Part shown: one piece after another, positions 28,340 through 38,392 of the stretch | How the letters are laid out: each line of letters opens with the position of its first letter | Position numbering within the stretch: the first letter of the stretch is position 1 | Assembly (NCBI GenBank): GCA_965652295.1 | Contig: CBFGTS010000022.1 | Span: 1 to 52,981, forward strand | Source of the DNA: an uncultured Haloferula sp. | GTDB lineage: Bacteria > Verrucomicrobiota > Verrucomicrobiia > Verrucomicrobiales > Akkermansiaceae | Direction: 5' to 3' | DNA: 52,981 nucleotides | Notes under the pieces: model-generated | What the model saw: the letters and a program-made list of their open reading frames with translations, nothing else | Told to the model about the DNA's origin: nothing | Database searches by the model: none | Made by a program: the position numbers and the translations under genes

Positions 28340-29341
28340 ATGAACGAACCGAAGAACGTCGCCATCGTCGGAGCCACCGGAGCCGTCGGCGTGGAAATGC
28401 TGGAGTGCCTCGAACAACGGAACTTCCCCGTGAAGTCCCTCACCCTGCTCGCATCCGCCCGTTCCGCCGGCAAACGCATGGAGTTCCGGGGCGAATCGAT
28501 CGAGGTGCAGGAACTCACCCACGATTCGTTCACCGGCATCGACATTGCCCTTTTTTCCGCCGGTGGCGGGATTTCGAAGGAGTTCGCGCCGTCCGCCGCC
28601 GCGGCCGGGGCCATCGTGATCGACAACTCCTCCGCCTTCCGGATGGACGACGACGTCCCGCTGGTGGTGCCGGAAATCAACGGTGACCAGGCCCGCAACG
28701 CCCCGCGCGGGATCATCGCCAACCCGAACTGCTCGACCATCATCACCCTGATGGCCCTCGCGCCGCTGCACCAGGCCTTCGGGCTGAAGTCGGTCATCGC
28801 CTCGACCTATCAGGCCGTTTCCGGCTCCGGCGCACAGGGAATCCTCGAGTTGGAAGGCCAGATGAGCGCTCTCGCCAGCGGCTCGCCGGTAGAAAAGAAG
28901 ATTTATCAGCACCAGATCGCCTACAACGTGATCCCCGAAGTCGATGCCTTCACCGACAACGGCTACACCAAGGAGGAACTGAAGATGCTCAACGAGGGTC
29001 GCAAGATCCTCGCCCTCCCCGAGCTGCGCGTTTCCTGCACCTGCGTGCGGGTGCCGGTCGTGCGCTCGCATTCCATCTCCGTCACGGCGCAGTTCGAAAA
29101 GGAAGTCAGCGTCGAAGCCGCCCGCGCCGCCTACGATGGCAAGCCCGGCGTCGCCGTTCGCGATGACCCCACGCAACGCCTTTATCCGGTGCCGCTCGAC
29201 ACCACCGGCAAGGACGACTGCCTCGTCGGCCGAATCCGCCGCAACCTGGTCTTCAACAACGCCCTCGACCTGTGGGTCGTGGGAGATCAGGTCCGCAAGG
29301 GTGCCGCTCTCAATGCGGTCCAGATCGCCGAGCTTCTCTGA
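28340..29341 (+). CDS. asd: aspartate-semialdehyde dehydrogenase
   Basis: VGATGAVG, DNSSAFRM, IANPNCST, TYQAVSG.G, CVRVPV..HS, D..RKGAALNAVQIAE. Confidence 0.97.
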   Translation: MNEPKNVAIVGATGAVGVEMLECLEQRNFPVKSLTLLASARSAGKRMEFRGESIEVQELTHDSFTGIDIALFSAGGGISKEFAPSAAAAGAIVIDNSSAFRMDDDVPLVVPEINGDQARNAPRGIIANPNCSTIITLMALAPLHQAFGLKSVIASTYQAVSGSGAQGILELEGQMSALASGSPVEKKIYQHQIAYNVIPEVDAFTDNGYTKEELKMLNEGRKILALPELRVSCTCVRVPVVRSHSISVTAQFEKEVSVEAARAAYDGKPGVAVRDDPTQRLYPVPLDTTGKDDCLVGRIRRNLVFNNALDLWVVGDQVRKGAALNAVQIAELL

Positions 29342-29367
29342 CTTCCCTTTCAGGCTTTCTCTCCCGC

Positions 29368-30249
29368 ATGGATCTCAAGGAATACCTCGCCGTCACGGCC
29401 GCGGAAATCGACACCGCCCTTGACGAGTTTTTGCCGAAGGCGAAGCAGCAGCCAGCGACCCTCCACGAGGCCATGCGCTACAGCCTCTTCGCCGGTGGCA
29501 AACGCCTGCGCCCCGTCCTGGTATTGGCGGCGGCGGAATCCTGCGGCGGCGGATCCGAAGCGGCCATCCCCGCGGCATGCGCCGTCGAGCTCGTGCATAC
29601 CTACTCTTTGGTTCACGACGACCTGCCGTGCATGGACGACGACGACCTGCGCCGCGGTCGACCGACCTGCCACAAGATCTACGGCGAAGGCATGGCCGTG
29701 CTCACCGGCGACGCCCTGCTGACGGAAGCTTTCCTCATTCTCTCCGAATCCAACCCGACGCCGCGCTATCCCCTCGCAGCCTTCATCGCCGAACTCGCGC
29801 TCACCGGGGGCTCCACCAAGTTGATCGGCGGCCAAGTGCTCGATCTCGAAGGTGAAGGTCGCGATCTGAAAAAGGCCGAACTCGTCCGAATCCACGAGGC
29901 GAAAACCGCGGCACTTCTCACCAGCAGCCTCCGCCTCGGTGCCATGAGCGCCAACGCCACTCCGGCCAAGCTCGAAGCTCTCACCGACTTCGGCTATCAC
30001 CTCGGTCTGGCCTTTCAGGTCATCGACGACATCCTCGACGTCACCCAGACCACCGAAAAGCTCGGCAAGACGGCAGGCAAAGACGAGGCCGTGGCCAAGG
30101 CGACCTACCCCGCCATCCTCGGCTTGGAAAAAGCCCGCAAGGAAGCAGCCAAACTCACCTCAAAGGCAATGGCCGCCCTCCAGCCCCTCGGCAAAAAAGC
30201 CGACCGACTGCGGCAACTCGCGGCCTACCTGCTGGAGCGCGACTACTGA
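29368..30249 (+). CDS. ispA: polyprenyl (farnesyl/geranylgeranyl) diphosphate synthase
   Basis: GGKRLRP, SLVHDDLPCMDDDDLRRG.PT, GDALL, GQ..D, FQVIDDILD, GK..GKD. Confidence 0.92.
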   Translation: MDLKEYLAVTAAEIDTALDEFLPKAKQQPATLHEAMRYSLFAGGKRLRPVLVLAAAESCGGGSEAAIPAACAVELVHTYSLVHDDLPCMDDDDLRRGRPTCHKIYGEGMAVLTGDALLTEAFLILSESNPTPRYPLAAFIAELALTGGSTKLIGGQVLDLEGEGRDLKKAELVRIHEAKTAALLTSSLRLGAMSANATPAKLEALTDFGYHLGLAFQVIDDILDVTQTTEKLGKTAGKDEAVAKATYPAILGLEKARKEAAKLTSKAMAALQPLGKKADRLRQLAAYLLERDY

Positions 30250-30283
30250 CCGCTCCCTCCACACGAGACGTGTGTGAAAAGAA

Positions 30284-30313
30284 GAAACGCATTCCCGGCA
30301 AGGAATGCGTTTC
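30284..30313. terminator. 12-bp hairpin after ispA
   Basis: GAAACGCATTCC-CGGCAA-GGAATGCGTTTC with an A-rich left flank. Confidence 0.6.
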
Positions 30314-30670
30314 CTGAATGCTGAAGCAGAGCGAAATCGAAGCCAGCGTCCAGCGCCGGCGGCGCAGAAGCCCGCCCAACGACAAGACGCCCAGAACATG
30401 GCCACGACGAGTCCGGCTGGCGCCCTGAACGCGGCGAATACGCTGGTCCATGATCCCGCCAAGAGTCAGGAGCTGTTTTTCTCCCTAGCGATGGAGTGGA
30501 AACAACAGCAGCCAGCGGACTTCGCGAGCTGGTTGCAGGACACCTCGCTCGTGAGTTCCCCCCAAAAGCAACGCCTGCTCAACCGGGAGTTCCATGCTGA
30601 CCGCGAAACGCCGGTACCGGCCCCACAGGCAACGGGAGCGGGTCTCATCAACGGCCGCGAGGGGCGCTAA
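30305..30670 (+). CDS. small hypothetical protein or 5'-truncated remnant
   Basis: Protein-like segment EWKQQQPADFASWL, but the ATG lies inside the hairpin. Confidence 0.35.
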   Translation: MRFLNAEAERNRSQRPAPAAQKPAQRQDAQNMATTSPAGALNAANTLVHDPAKSQELFFSLAMEWKQQQPADFASWLQDTSLVSSPQKQRLLNREFHADRETPVPAPQATGAGLINGREGR

Positions 30671-30683
30671 GCGGACGGAAGGA

Positions 30684-30866
30684 TCAGTCCGCCTCGTAAG
30701 CTGCTTCCTCAATCTCTCCGCCGAGCTTTTGCACGTCCCGCCCGGCACCGGCCACCGTGGAGCAGGAGGTCAGGGCGAAGGCGATGAAGTAGAACAGGGC
30801 GAAGAGAAGGCTCATGACCGCGAGCCGACGTCCGGAGTGCGCTTCAAGGTATTGCTTCGAATTCAT
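30684..30866 (-). CDS. entericidin A/B family lipoprotein
   Basis: Lipobox LTSC followed by STVAGAGRDVQK.G..IE.AA; GGAG upstream of the ATG. Confidence 0.88.
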   Translation of the reverse strand: MNSKQYLEAHSGRRLAVMSLLFALFYFIAFALTSCSTVAGAGRDVQKLGGEIEEAAYEAD

Positions 30867-30878
30867 CGACTCACTCCT

Positions 30879-30894
30879 CGCAAACGACGGGCCA
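30879..30894 (-). promoter_or_regulatory. putative sigma-54 promoter of the entericidin gene
   Basis: Minus strand TGGCCCG-TCGT-TTGCG, one mismatch to TGGCACG-N4-TTGC. Confidence 0.65.
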
Positions 30895-31062
30895 TGGGCG
30901 CTTTGCATGAAAAACAAAGGGTCCCGCCTCAGAGGGCATGACCGGATAGTGCAAAAACTAACATCCCACAGATGCATGCTGCATGATTCGGGCGTCCTGA
31001 GCCAGGATGCACGGCCGGCCGCAATCCCCGTTCTATCAGCGTTCCGAGCGCCCCTCTCCCTC

Positions 31063-31078
31063 TGGAGCAGCATGTGCT
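31063..31078 (+). promoter_or_regulatory. possible sigma-54 promoter of dps
   Basis: TGGAGCA-GCAT-GTGCT, GG-N10-GC but a weaker match. Confidence 0.4.
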
Positions 31079-31093
31079 GGTAAGGTCGGGTTT

Positions 31094-31618
31094 ATGAAAT
31101 CCTCCGCTTCTTCCAAAAAATCTTCCTCCTCCGGCTCCAAGGATCAGGTCCAAATCCGTATCGGACTCGACGCCAAGCAGCGGTCGAAATCCACCGACCT
31201 TCTCAAGGCGATTCTCGCCAATCAGCACGTCCTCTACCTCAAAACCCGGAATTTCCACTGGAACCTGATCGGCCCGCGTTTCCACTCCCTCCACGAACTC
31301 TTCGAGAAGCAGTACAACGCGCTGCAGATCGTGATCGACGAAACCGCCGAGCGGATCCGCATGCTGGGCGACGTGAGCCCGGGGTCGATGCAGGAGTTTC
31401 TCGACGCCGCTACCCTCAAGGAATGCTCGGGTGAGTCGATCCACGGCCTCGACGCCATCGGCATCCTCCGGGCCGACCACGAGACGGCGGTGCGGGAGTT
31501 GCGCGGCGCGATTGAGGAACTCTCGGACATCGGCGATGCCGGCACCGAGGACTTCCTCACCGGCCTGCTGCAGAAACATGAGGAAACCGCCTGGATGCTG
31601 CGCAGCTACGAGGGCTGA
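31094..31618 (+). CDS. dps: Dps family DNA starvation/stationary-phase protection protein
   Basis: LYLKT.NFHWN..GP.F..LHELFE.QY.......DE.AERIR.LG; HE..AWML; Ser/Lys-rich N-tail. Confidence 0.95.
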   Translation: MKSSASSKKSSSSGSKDQVQIRIGLDAKQRSKSTDLLKAILANQHVLYLKTRNFHWNLIGPRFHSLHELFEKQYNALQIVIDETAERIRMLGDVSPGSMQEFLDAATLKECSGESIHGLDAIGILRADHETAVRELRGAIEELSDIGDAGTEDFLTGLLQKHEETAWMLRSYEG

Positions 31619-31641
31619 GCCCGCCCTTCCCCGCTCATTGA

Positions 31642-31673
31642 CACCAGCAGCCTCTGGGTCGCTGGTGCTTTTT
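31642..31673 (+). terminator. intrinsic terminator after dps
   Basis: CACCAGC...GCTGGTG followed by CTTTTT. Confidence 0.65.
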
Positions 31674-31822
31674 GCATGGATTCCGCTCCTTTCGTTGCGT
31701 TTTGCTCCATTCACGACAGAGTGATGAGGACACCGGGGTCCCTTCAATGCCCTTAGATCCTAAACTTTGGGTCGTAGAGAGCGAAAGGCACGGTTCATGT
31801 TGGGAAACGCAAACCTTCTTCT

Positions 31823-33202
31823 ATGGATATCCTAATCATCGACGACGAACGCTCCATCCGGATGACCACCACGATGGCGCTGGAGCACGAGGGGCACTAC
31901 GTCGAATCGGTGGACTGCGGCGAAGCAGCGATGAAGCGCCTGCGGGAAGAGAAATTCGAACTCATCTTCCTCGACCTTCGCCTCGGCGACGAAGACGGGC
32001 TGGAGATTCTGGGGCAAATTCTGGAGAAGTACCCTCGCCAGCTCGTGACCATCTTCACCGCCCACGCCTCGATTGAGACGGCGGTGAAAGCCACGCAAGC
32101 CGGAGCGTTCGACTACTTGGAAAAGCCCTTCACGCCGGACCAGCTGCGGGCGATTCTGGTGAAGGCACGCAAAGCCCTCGCCACCGAGGGAGAGGTCGTC
32201 CGCCTTCAGGAAACGGTGCGCGAATTGAAAACCGAGGCCAGTCGCAATAGTCCGCCGGTCGATTTCGCATCGGAAGACACCCGCACTGCGCAGGAGCTCG
32301 ACACGCTCTTCCGCGCCGCGGCATCCCCCGCCTCGGTGTTGATTCTCGGCGAGAGCGGCACGGGGAAAAGCGTCATCGCCCGCGAAGTCCACCACCGCAG
32401 CCATCTTCGGGAAAAACCCTTTGTCACGGTGAGCTGCCCCTCGCTGTCCCGCGAGCTGCTGGAGAGCACGCTCTTCGGTCACGTCAAAGGCTCCTTCACC
32501 GGCGCGGTCAAAGACACCTGGGGCAAGGTCCACGCCGCCGAGGGAGGCACCCTTTTTCTGGATGAGATCGGAGAACTTCCCATGGAGATCCAGCCCAAGC
32601 TCCTCCGCCTGCTTCAGGAGCGGGAGTACGAGCGTCTGGGTGAAAACAAGGTCCGGCCCTCGAATGTACGCGTGATCGCCGCCACCAACCGCGATCTCGC
32701 CGAGCACGTGGTGGCCGGAGAATTCCGAGAGGATCTCTACTACCGCCTCAATGTCATCAGCGTCCGCGTCCCACCGTTGCGCGAGCGTCCCAAGGACCTC
32801 CTCCGTTTCGCGGAGAACTACCTGATTCATTTCTCCAACCAGATCGGCCGCAAGATCCGCGGCTTCAGCCCGGAGGCGATGCGCGTGATCACAACCCACT
32901 CCTGGCCGGGCAACCTGCGCGAGCTCCGCAATGCCATCGAGCGCGCCACCATCCTGGCTCGCACCGAGTTCATCGAGCCCACCGACCTTCCCCGCCCGGA
33001 GGCGTCCGAAGCCATTGTCTCCGGGAAGGCGGCCAACAGTGGTGGCCCCGTGGTCGGAGGCGAATACAGCCTGGAGCAGCTTGAGGAAGCCCACATGCGC
33101 CGGATCCTCGAGTGGGCACCCACGCTGCAGGAGGCCGCCTCCATCCTTGGCATCGACAAGGCCACCCTCTATCGCAAGCGCAAGCGCTTCGGCATTTCCT
33201 GA
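31823..33202 (+). CDS. sigma-54-dependent response regulator (NtrC family, AlgB-like)
   Basis: REC domain, GESGTGK, ESTLFGH.KGSFTGA, LFLDEIGE, RVIAATNRDL, WPGN.REL.N and Fis HTH (AA..LGID.ATLYRKRK). Confidence 0.95.
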   Translation: MDILIIDDERSIRMTTTMALEHEGHYVESVDCGEAAMKRLREEKFELIFLDLRLGDEDGLEILGQILEKYPRQLVTIFTAHASIETAVKATQAGAFDYLEKPFTPDQLRAILVKARKALATEGEVVRLQETVRELKTEASRNSPPVDFASEDTRTAQELDTLFRAAASPASVLILGESGTGKSVIAREVHHRSHLREKPFVTVSCPSLSRELLESTLFGHVKGSFTGAVKDTWGKVHAAEGGTLFLDEIGELPMEIQPKLLRLLQEREYERLGENKVRPSNVRVIAATNRDLAEHVVAGEFREDLYYRLNVISVRVPPLRERPKDLLRFAENYLIHFSNQIGRKIRGFSPEAMRVITTHSWPGNLRELRNAIERATILARTEFIEPTDLPRPEASEAIVSGKAANSGGPVVGGEYSLEQLEEAHMRRILEWAPTLQEAASILGIDKATLYRKRKRFGIS

Positions 33203-33214
33203 CCCTCCCCCACA

Positions 33215-35044
33215 ATGCTCCGGGTTCGACTTCTCCTAGGCCTCCTCACTCTTGTCATCCTGCTCTGCGCAACGGGAGCCGCGGCCCTGATGATCCTCCA
33301 CGACGCTGACGACCGGTTTCAGACGCGGCTGAAACAGGACTATCATGCCATCGGGATCGCTCAGGGCCTGCGCTCGCACACCTCCACCCTCAACACCACC
33401 TACATCACCACGCTCGCCGGGCCGCCCCCCGAGCAGCCGCTCGACCGGGCCCTGTTCGACGAGACGAAGACCCGCCTCACCGACGACGTGAAGGCCCTGC
33501 AGCTCATCGGCATCCGCAACGAACGCTGGATGAGCACCATCAGCACCCTGCAGGACGCGCTCACCCTGTATTTCAGCGATTACGAACGGCTCCTGAGCAA
33601 TGCCGTGACCGACCGCACCGAGCGCGCCGAATTGCTGCGGACCTTCGGAGCCCACACCCAGCGGATCAACGACCTCGGAACGAGCATCATCCACCTCGCC
33701 GAGGAGCGGCTTTTCGGTGCGAGCGAAGCCCTTGCGCAGGAGTCGGGAAAGAACACCGTCTTCATCGCCACCCTGGTCGTACTCGGCACCGCCATCGCCG
33801 TGCTGATCTACTTCCAGCTCCTCCGCCATCTCGTCGAGCCCGTCACCGGTCTGTGCGACTCGATGGAGCAGGTCACCATGGGAAATTTCGAACTCACCCT
33901 GCCCACGCCAACGAGCGGGAGCGAGTTCAGCTCACTCGTCCGGAGCTTCAACTCGATGGCGGAGGAGCTGCGCGTCCGCCGCCGCGAAACCGACGAGCGC
34001 CTGTTCAAGAACAACCTCGTCAACCGCGCACTCCTCTCCGCGATTCCCTCGCCCGTCTACGTCCTCGACACCCATGGCAAGACCGTGCAGCTCAATCCCG
34101 CCGCGGAGGATCTCAACGAGGCGCTCGGTCTCGGCACACGCCTGCCCGGGAAGGTGCTCCGGCTCTTCCACAACTGCCAGGACCAGGGAGCCCACCACCT
34201 GCCGGAGGATCCGCGCGAGGCACTGCTCTTCCGGATCGAGGAAACGGAGCACTACTATCTCCCCCGTATCTTCCGTTTCGCCGCCGGCCAGGGCGAGGGA
34301 AACACCTACTCGGGATGGGCCGTGCTGCTGCACGACGTCACCCGCATCCGCTGGCTCGACGACATGAAGACGAACATGTTGTCCACCGTCAGTCACGAGA
34401 TCAAGACGCCGCTCACCGGCATCCGGATGGTCCTGCACCTGCTTCTGGAAGAGGAAACCGGCCAGCTTACCGACATGCAGCGGACGATGCTCTCCTCCGC
34501 CAACGATGACTGCGAGCGACTGCTCACCACCCTCAACACCTTGCTCGACATCTCCCGCGCGGAAAGCGGCTCCACCCATCTCGATCTGCGTCCCATTTCC
34601 CTGACCGACATCGCCACCCACAGCGCCGGCTTGTTCGAAAGCAAGGCCGCCTCATCGCGCGTATCCATCCGGATCGATGCCGAGGAGAACCTCCCCTTCG
34701 TCATGGCGGACCCCATGAGGATCAGCGAAGTCGTGCACAATCTCATCTCCAACGCCCTCAAGCACAGCCCGTCCGGAGGCAGCATCGACGTCCGGCTCAC
34801 GCGTTCCGGTGCGGATTTTGTTCGGCTTTCCGTACTGGACGACGGCCCCGGCGTGCCCGAGGAGTGCGAGGACCGCATCTTCGAGCGGTTCTACCGCGCC
34901 CCCGACCAAGGCACCGATGGCATCGGCCTCGGACTGTTCATTTCCCGCGAGATCATGCGCGCCCACGAGGGCCGCATCGGCCTCACCGAAAAATCACCCA
35001 AGAACCCAAGAACCGAATTCTTCATCGATGTCCCGAATGCCTGA
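33215..35044 (+). CDS. sensor histidine kinase (2 TM, HAMP, PAS-like, HisKA, HATPase; KinB-like)
   Basis: SHEIKTPLT H-box, NLISNALK, D.GPG, FERFY, G.GLGL. Confidence 0.93.
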   Translation: MLRVRLLLGLLTLVILLCATGAAALMILHDADDRFQTRLKQDYHAIGIAQGLRSHTSTLNTTYITTLAGPPPEQPLDRALFDETKTRLTDDVKALQLIGIRNERWMSTISTLQDALTLYFSDYERLLSNAVTDRTERAELLRTFGAHTQRINDLGTSIIHLAEERLFGASEALAQESGKNTVFIATLVVLGTAIAVLIYFQLLRHLVEPVTGLCDSMEQVTMGNFELTLPTPTSGSEFSSLVRSFNSMAEELRVRRRETDERLFKNNLVNRALLSAIPSPVYVLDTHGKTVQLNPAAEDLNEALGLGTRLPGKVLRLFHNCQDQGAHHLPEDPREALLFRIEETEHYYLPRIFRFAAGQGEGNTYSGWAVLLHDVTRIRWLDDMKTNMLSTVSHEIKTPLTGIRMVLHLLLEEETGQLTDMQRTMLSSANDDCERLLTTLNTLLDISRAESGSTHLDLRPISLTDIATHSAGLFESKAASSRVSIRIDAEENLPFVMADPMRISEVVHNLISNALKHSPSGGSIDVRLTRSGADFVRLSVLDDGPGVPEECEDRIFERFYRAPDQGTDGIGLGLFISREIMRAHEGRIGLTEKSPKNPRTEFFIDVPNA

Positions 35045-35654
35045 CAGCACGCGGGCCACCACCCGCGGCCAGCAAAGGATCCTCGTCGTCGACGACGAGC
35101 CGACCCTCCGGCTCGGGTTTGCCTACGCGCTGACGAACCCCTCGACCCAGGCCGACACCGCGGCGAACGGTGCCGAGGCCCTGGAAATGCTGGAGACCAT
35201 GACCTACGACGCCATCGTGCTGGATCTCCGGATGCCGGAAATCGACGGCCTGTCGGTCATCCGAACCCTGCGGAAAAAGGGCGACTTCACCCCCGTCGTG
35301 CTGTGCAGCGCTTACATCACGGTCCACTCGGCAGTGACCGCCATGCATCACCGGGTGGTCGATTTTCTGATGAAGCCGGTGAAGCCCGACGAGCTGCGTG
35401 GCGCGGTGAAGGCCGTGATCAGTGGCGGCGAAGGCGTTCTTCGACGCTCCCTGGCGCTCGCGCGTCAGGGCCGGCTCGATGCCGCGGTCGCCGAGCTTTC
35501 CCGCCTCCAGCCCGAGCCCGGAACGCGGGAAGCCTCGTGGCTCCGGATTCTCACCGCCATGCACGACCACCCCGGCGAGCTGGAGCGAATCGAGTTCGAA
35601 CTTTCCGAGTCCATGCTTCGACAGCTCGCCCACCGATCGGACCGGCTCCCATGA
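35037..35654 (+). CDS. response regulator receiver protein with short helical tail
   Basis: ILVVDDE, LDLRMPEIDG, SAY, DFL.KP; overlaps the kinase stop. Confidence 0.88.
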   Translation: MPDSTRATTRGQQRILVVDDEPTLRLGFAYALTNPSTQADTAANGAEALEMLETMTYDAIVLDLRMPEIDGLSVIRTLRKKGDFTPVVLCSAYITVHSAVTAMHHRVVDFLMKPVKPDELRGAVKAVISGGEGVLRRSLALARQGRLDAAVAELSRLQPEPGTREASWLRILTAMHDHPGELERIEFELSESMLRQLAHRSDRLP

Positions 35655-37015
35655 GAAATTACCAGCTCATCGTCGTGGGCGGAGGCAGTGCGGGCCATGC
35701 CGCAGCGCGGAAGGGCGTGATGCTCGGTCTGAAGACCGCTCTGGTGGAAAAAGCCGGCACCCTCGGCGGGCTCTGCATCCTCCGCGGTTGCATGCCATCC
35801 AAGACCCTCATCGCCACCGCGGACCGCATGCGCGAAGTACGGCAAGCCTCGGAGTTCGCCGTGCGGGCCGGAGATCCGGAGCTGGATCTCGACGCCCTGA
35901 AGGCCCGGCTGAGCGAGCTGATCGAGGGCTTCCGCAGCTACCGCGAAAAGGAAATGATCACCGCGAGCTACGACCTCATCCGCGATGACGCCTGCTTCGC
36001 GGACGGGCACACGATCCGCCTTGCCGACTCCGGTGAAACGATCCGTGGTGAAGCATTCGTCATCGCCTCCGGCTCCAGGCCCTCCGTGCCCGACATCCCC
36101 GGCCTCGCCGACACACCCTACTGGACCAGCGACGACGTTACCCGCCTGCCCCGCCTCCCGGCATCCGTGGCCATCATCGGCACGGGCGCGGTCGGGATGG
36201 AAAGCGCGCACCTTTTCGAGGGCCTCGGCTCCCAAGTAACGGCCCTCTGCCGGTCCGGACGGATCCTCTCCGGCCTGCATGCCGATCTGGCAAGCACCGT
36301 CGCTAAGGCCGGCAAAGAGCGCGGCGTCGAGATCCTTTTCCACACCGAAGCCTGCCACGTCGCCCACGAGGACGGACGTTTCCGCCTCAACCTTTCCACA
36401 GGCGGCTCGCTCGATGCGGAGGCTCTGATCGTCGCCACCGGGCGCTCCCCGAACACCCGTTCGCTCGGCCTTGAAGCTCTTGGACTGGAGACGGACGACT
36501 CAGGGCGGATTCCCATCGACGACCACACCGCCACGACGCTGCCTCATGTCTTTGCCGCGGGCGATTGCACAGGCGGACCGGCTGTCGTGCACCTGGCGGT
36601 GATGCAGGGTGAGACCGCCGCGCGAAATGCCGCGCTGCACCTCGGCGTGACGCAGGGTTCCCACGCCTCATGGCTGCCGGAGCTTCGCATGCAGGCGATC
36701 TTCACCCGACCGGAAGTCATCTCGTTGGGACACGACCCGGACACCCTGGACGAGCACCATGAAGAGCGCCGCTACCGCTTCGCCGACCAAGGCAAGGGTG
36801 AGATCCTCGGTGCCCGACACGGGCACGTGCGGATCGTTTCTGAAAAGCGATCCAACCGGATCGTCGGTGCCCATGCGGTCGGCCCCGGCGTCATCGACTC
36901 CGCCCACGTGATGCAGATGGCCATCGCCAACCGCATGACCGTGGATCAACTCCGCTCATCCCCGTTCTACCATCCCACACTGGTGGAGATCTGGACCTAC
37001 GCGGCGGAGTCCTGA
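35651..37015 (+). CDS. class I pyridine nucleotide-disulfide oxidoreductase (lipoamide dehydrogenase-like)
   Basis: GGGSAG, GGLCILRGCMPSK, GTGAVG.E, ATGR.PN, FAAGD, YHPTL.E; ATGA coupling. Confidence 0.9.
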   Translation: MRNYQLIVVGGGSAGHAAARKGVMLGLKTALVEKAGTLGGLCILRGCMPSKTLIATADRMREVRQASEFAVRAGDPELDLDALKARLSELIEGFRSYREKEMITASYDLIRDDACFADGHTIRLADSGETIRGEAFVIASGSRPSVPDIPGLADTPYWTSDDVTRLPRLPASVAIIGTGAVGMESAHLFEGLGSQVTALCRSGRILSGLHADLASTVAKAGKERGVEILFHTEACHVAHEDGRFRLNLSTGGSLDAEALIVATGRSPNTRSLGLEALGLETDDSGRIPIDDHTATTLPHVFAAGDCTGGPAVVHLAVMQGETAARNAALHLGVTQGSHASWLPELRMQAIFTRPEVISLGHDPDTLDEHHEERRYRFADQGKGEILGARHGHVRIVSEKRSNRIVGAHAVGPGVIDSAHVMQMAIANRMTVDQLRSSPFYHPTLVEIWTYAAES

Positions 37016-37046
37016 ACCCCTTGGAAGGAACCGCTCGGCGCCCCGT

Positions 37047-38102
37047 TCAGAACCTCAGCTTGATCCCCACCGTACCGATCTGTGCAAGACCGCGCTGCGT
37101 GTCGTACTCCTCCGTCCGCCAAGTGTGCGCGTAGCTGAATTCAACACGACGGTAGCGGACCCCAAAGCCGGCATAGACCTCTGCCACCAATGGCCGGCGA
37201 TCGACCCCGGTGTTGAAATCCTTGAACAGCGGCCCGTCCAGCGTCGCGTCGTGTGCGACTCCCGTGAGGCGCCCGCCGGCCAGCAGGAAGACGGACCAGT
37301 TGCTGTCGTAATCGAAGTCCGCCTCGAAGTACTGGTGCGTGTATGCGGTCGGGGAGAGACGCGGATCCGAGAAGTCCGGCGGCAGGTTGTAGCCGACACG
37401 AAACATTCCGCCGAGGTGCACGTCCGTCCGGAACGTCCCGAGCCGCGCGCCCCACTCGCCGATGCCGTCCACCCTCACCAGCCCGTACCGGACGCCCGCG
37501 AGGTCGAGCCGCCGCTTCTGGATGAAACTCAGGTCGACCGTGACCTCCGAAGGAACCTGGCTGTCCCAGCCGTTGAATTTTTCCACGTCCCGCAAGTCAT
37601 GAATAAAGTCCTGCATAGGCTCTGCAAAGGAGTCGTCCCCGGTCGTGCCGATGCTCAATTCGACCGAGTTCAGGATCTGGTCGTCCTTCGCATGCAGCGA
37701 AAACCCGAGCCCCGCCCACCCCGCGTAGGGTCGCTGGAACGCCGGCTGCGTGTACGGCCGGTGGTCCTGCGGCGTGAACATCAACTGGGTCAAGGAGAAG
37801 CCGTAGTTGTAGACGATCTTGTCCGGCTGCTTGAACCCGGTGATCGTCCGGAAGACGCCGAAGCTTTTGGGGTCACCTGTCAGCCGGCGCAGATAGCGCT
37901 GGATACCCACCACGTCTTCGATCCGCTCGCTGCCGGAAATCCACGCAAGGCGGGCTCCGTTGGTGTAATCCCGGTCCTTCCCGCCGAAGAGATCGTTGTC
38001 CAGATAGAACGTCAGGTAGCCATCGTCATCGAAAGCCGGATCCGGCAAGGCGGCATGACCCGGGCCGACGGCCAGGGCGAGGAGCAGCAAACAGGTTTTC
38101 AT
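37047..38102 (-). CDS. lipid A deacylase LpxR family outer-membrane protein
   Basis: Signal peptide, DNDLF...DRDYTNG, Q.MFTP, RPYAGW, Q..IH, GWD.Q, T.EY..Q, terminal Phe. Confidence 0.88.
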   Translation of the reverse strand: MKTCLLLLALAVGPGHAALPDPAFDDDGYLTFYLDNDLFGGKDRDYTNGARLAWISGSERIEDVVGIQRYLRRLTGDPKSFGVFRTITGFKQPDKIVYNYGFSLTQLMFTPQDHRPYTQPAFQRPYAGWAGLGFSLHAKDDQILNSVELSIGTTGDDSFAEPMQDFIHDLRDVEKFNGWDSQVPSEVTVDLSFIQKRRLDLAGVRYGLVRVDGIGEWGARLGTFRTDVHLGGMFRVGYNLPPDFSDPRLSPTAYTHQYFEADFDYDSNWSVFLLAGGRLTGVAHDATLDGPLFKDFNTGVDRRPLVAEVYAGFGVRYRRVEFSYAHTWRTEEYDTQRGLAQIGTVGIKLRF

Positions 38103-38125
38103 CGGTCTAACAAACAGCATGCGCG

Positions 38126-38154
38126 AAAAACGGGGAGGCGCAAGACCTCCCCGT
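38126..38154 (-). terminator. intrinsic terminator
   Basis: Minus strand ACGGGGAGG-TCTTGCG-CCTCCCCGT-TTTT. Confidence 0.75.
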
Positions 38155-38182
38155 GCTATGGGCCGGGAAAGACTCCTGGGGG

Positions 38183-38341
38183 TTATTCGGCATCGCGCAC
38201 GGCGTCGCCAGCCTCGTCCACGGTTTCTTCAACGGCGTCGCCCACGTCATCGGCGGCATCCTCGGCCGAGTTGCGGGGTTCGCAGGAAACGAGCGGAAAG
38301 ATCGCTCCGACAAGGCCTACAAGAAGGAGTTGGGATTTCAT
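38183..38341 (-). CDS. small acidic lipoprotein (52 aa, LEA/CsbD-like; absent from the ORF track)
   Basis: MKSQLLLVGLVGAIFPLVS-C-EPRNSAEDAADDVGDAVEETVDEAGDAVRDAE; lipobox and 11-mer-like repeats. Confidence 0.8.
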   Translation of the reverse strand: MKSQLLLVGLVGAIFPLVSCEPRNSAEDAADDVGDAVEETVDEAGDAVRDAE

Positions 38342-38392
38342 AATCATCATCATTGGTTTGTTCGGGTTGAGTGGTTGGAGAAAAGACGGGGA

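Noticed and set aside
28210..28797. N-terminal extension of the SLC13 ORF (801 aa in the track)
   Set aside because: Overlaps asd on the opposite strand; the hydrophobic permease starts near 28209.
30684..30866. Entericidin toxin-antitoxin pair
   Set aside because: Only one entericidin-like gene is present.
35651..37015. Mercuric reductase MerA
   Set aside because: No C-terminal Cys-Cys pair, no metal-binding N-terminal domain and no mer genes; it has the HPTxxE motif instead.
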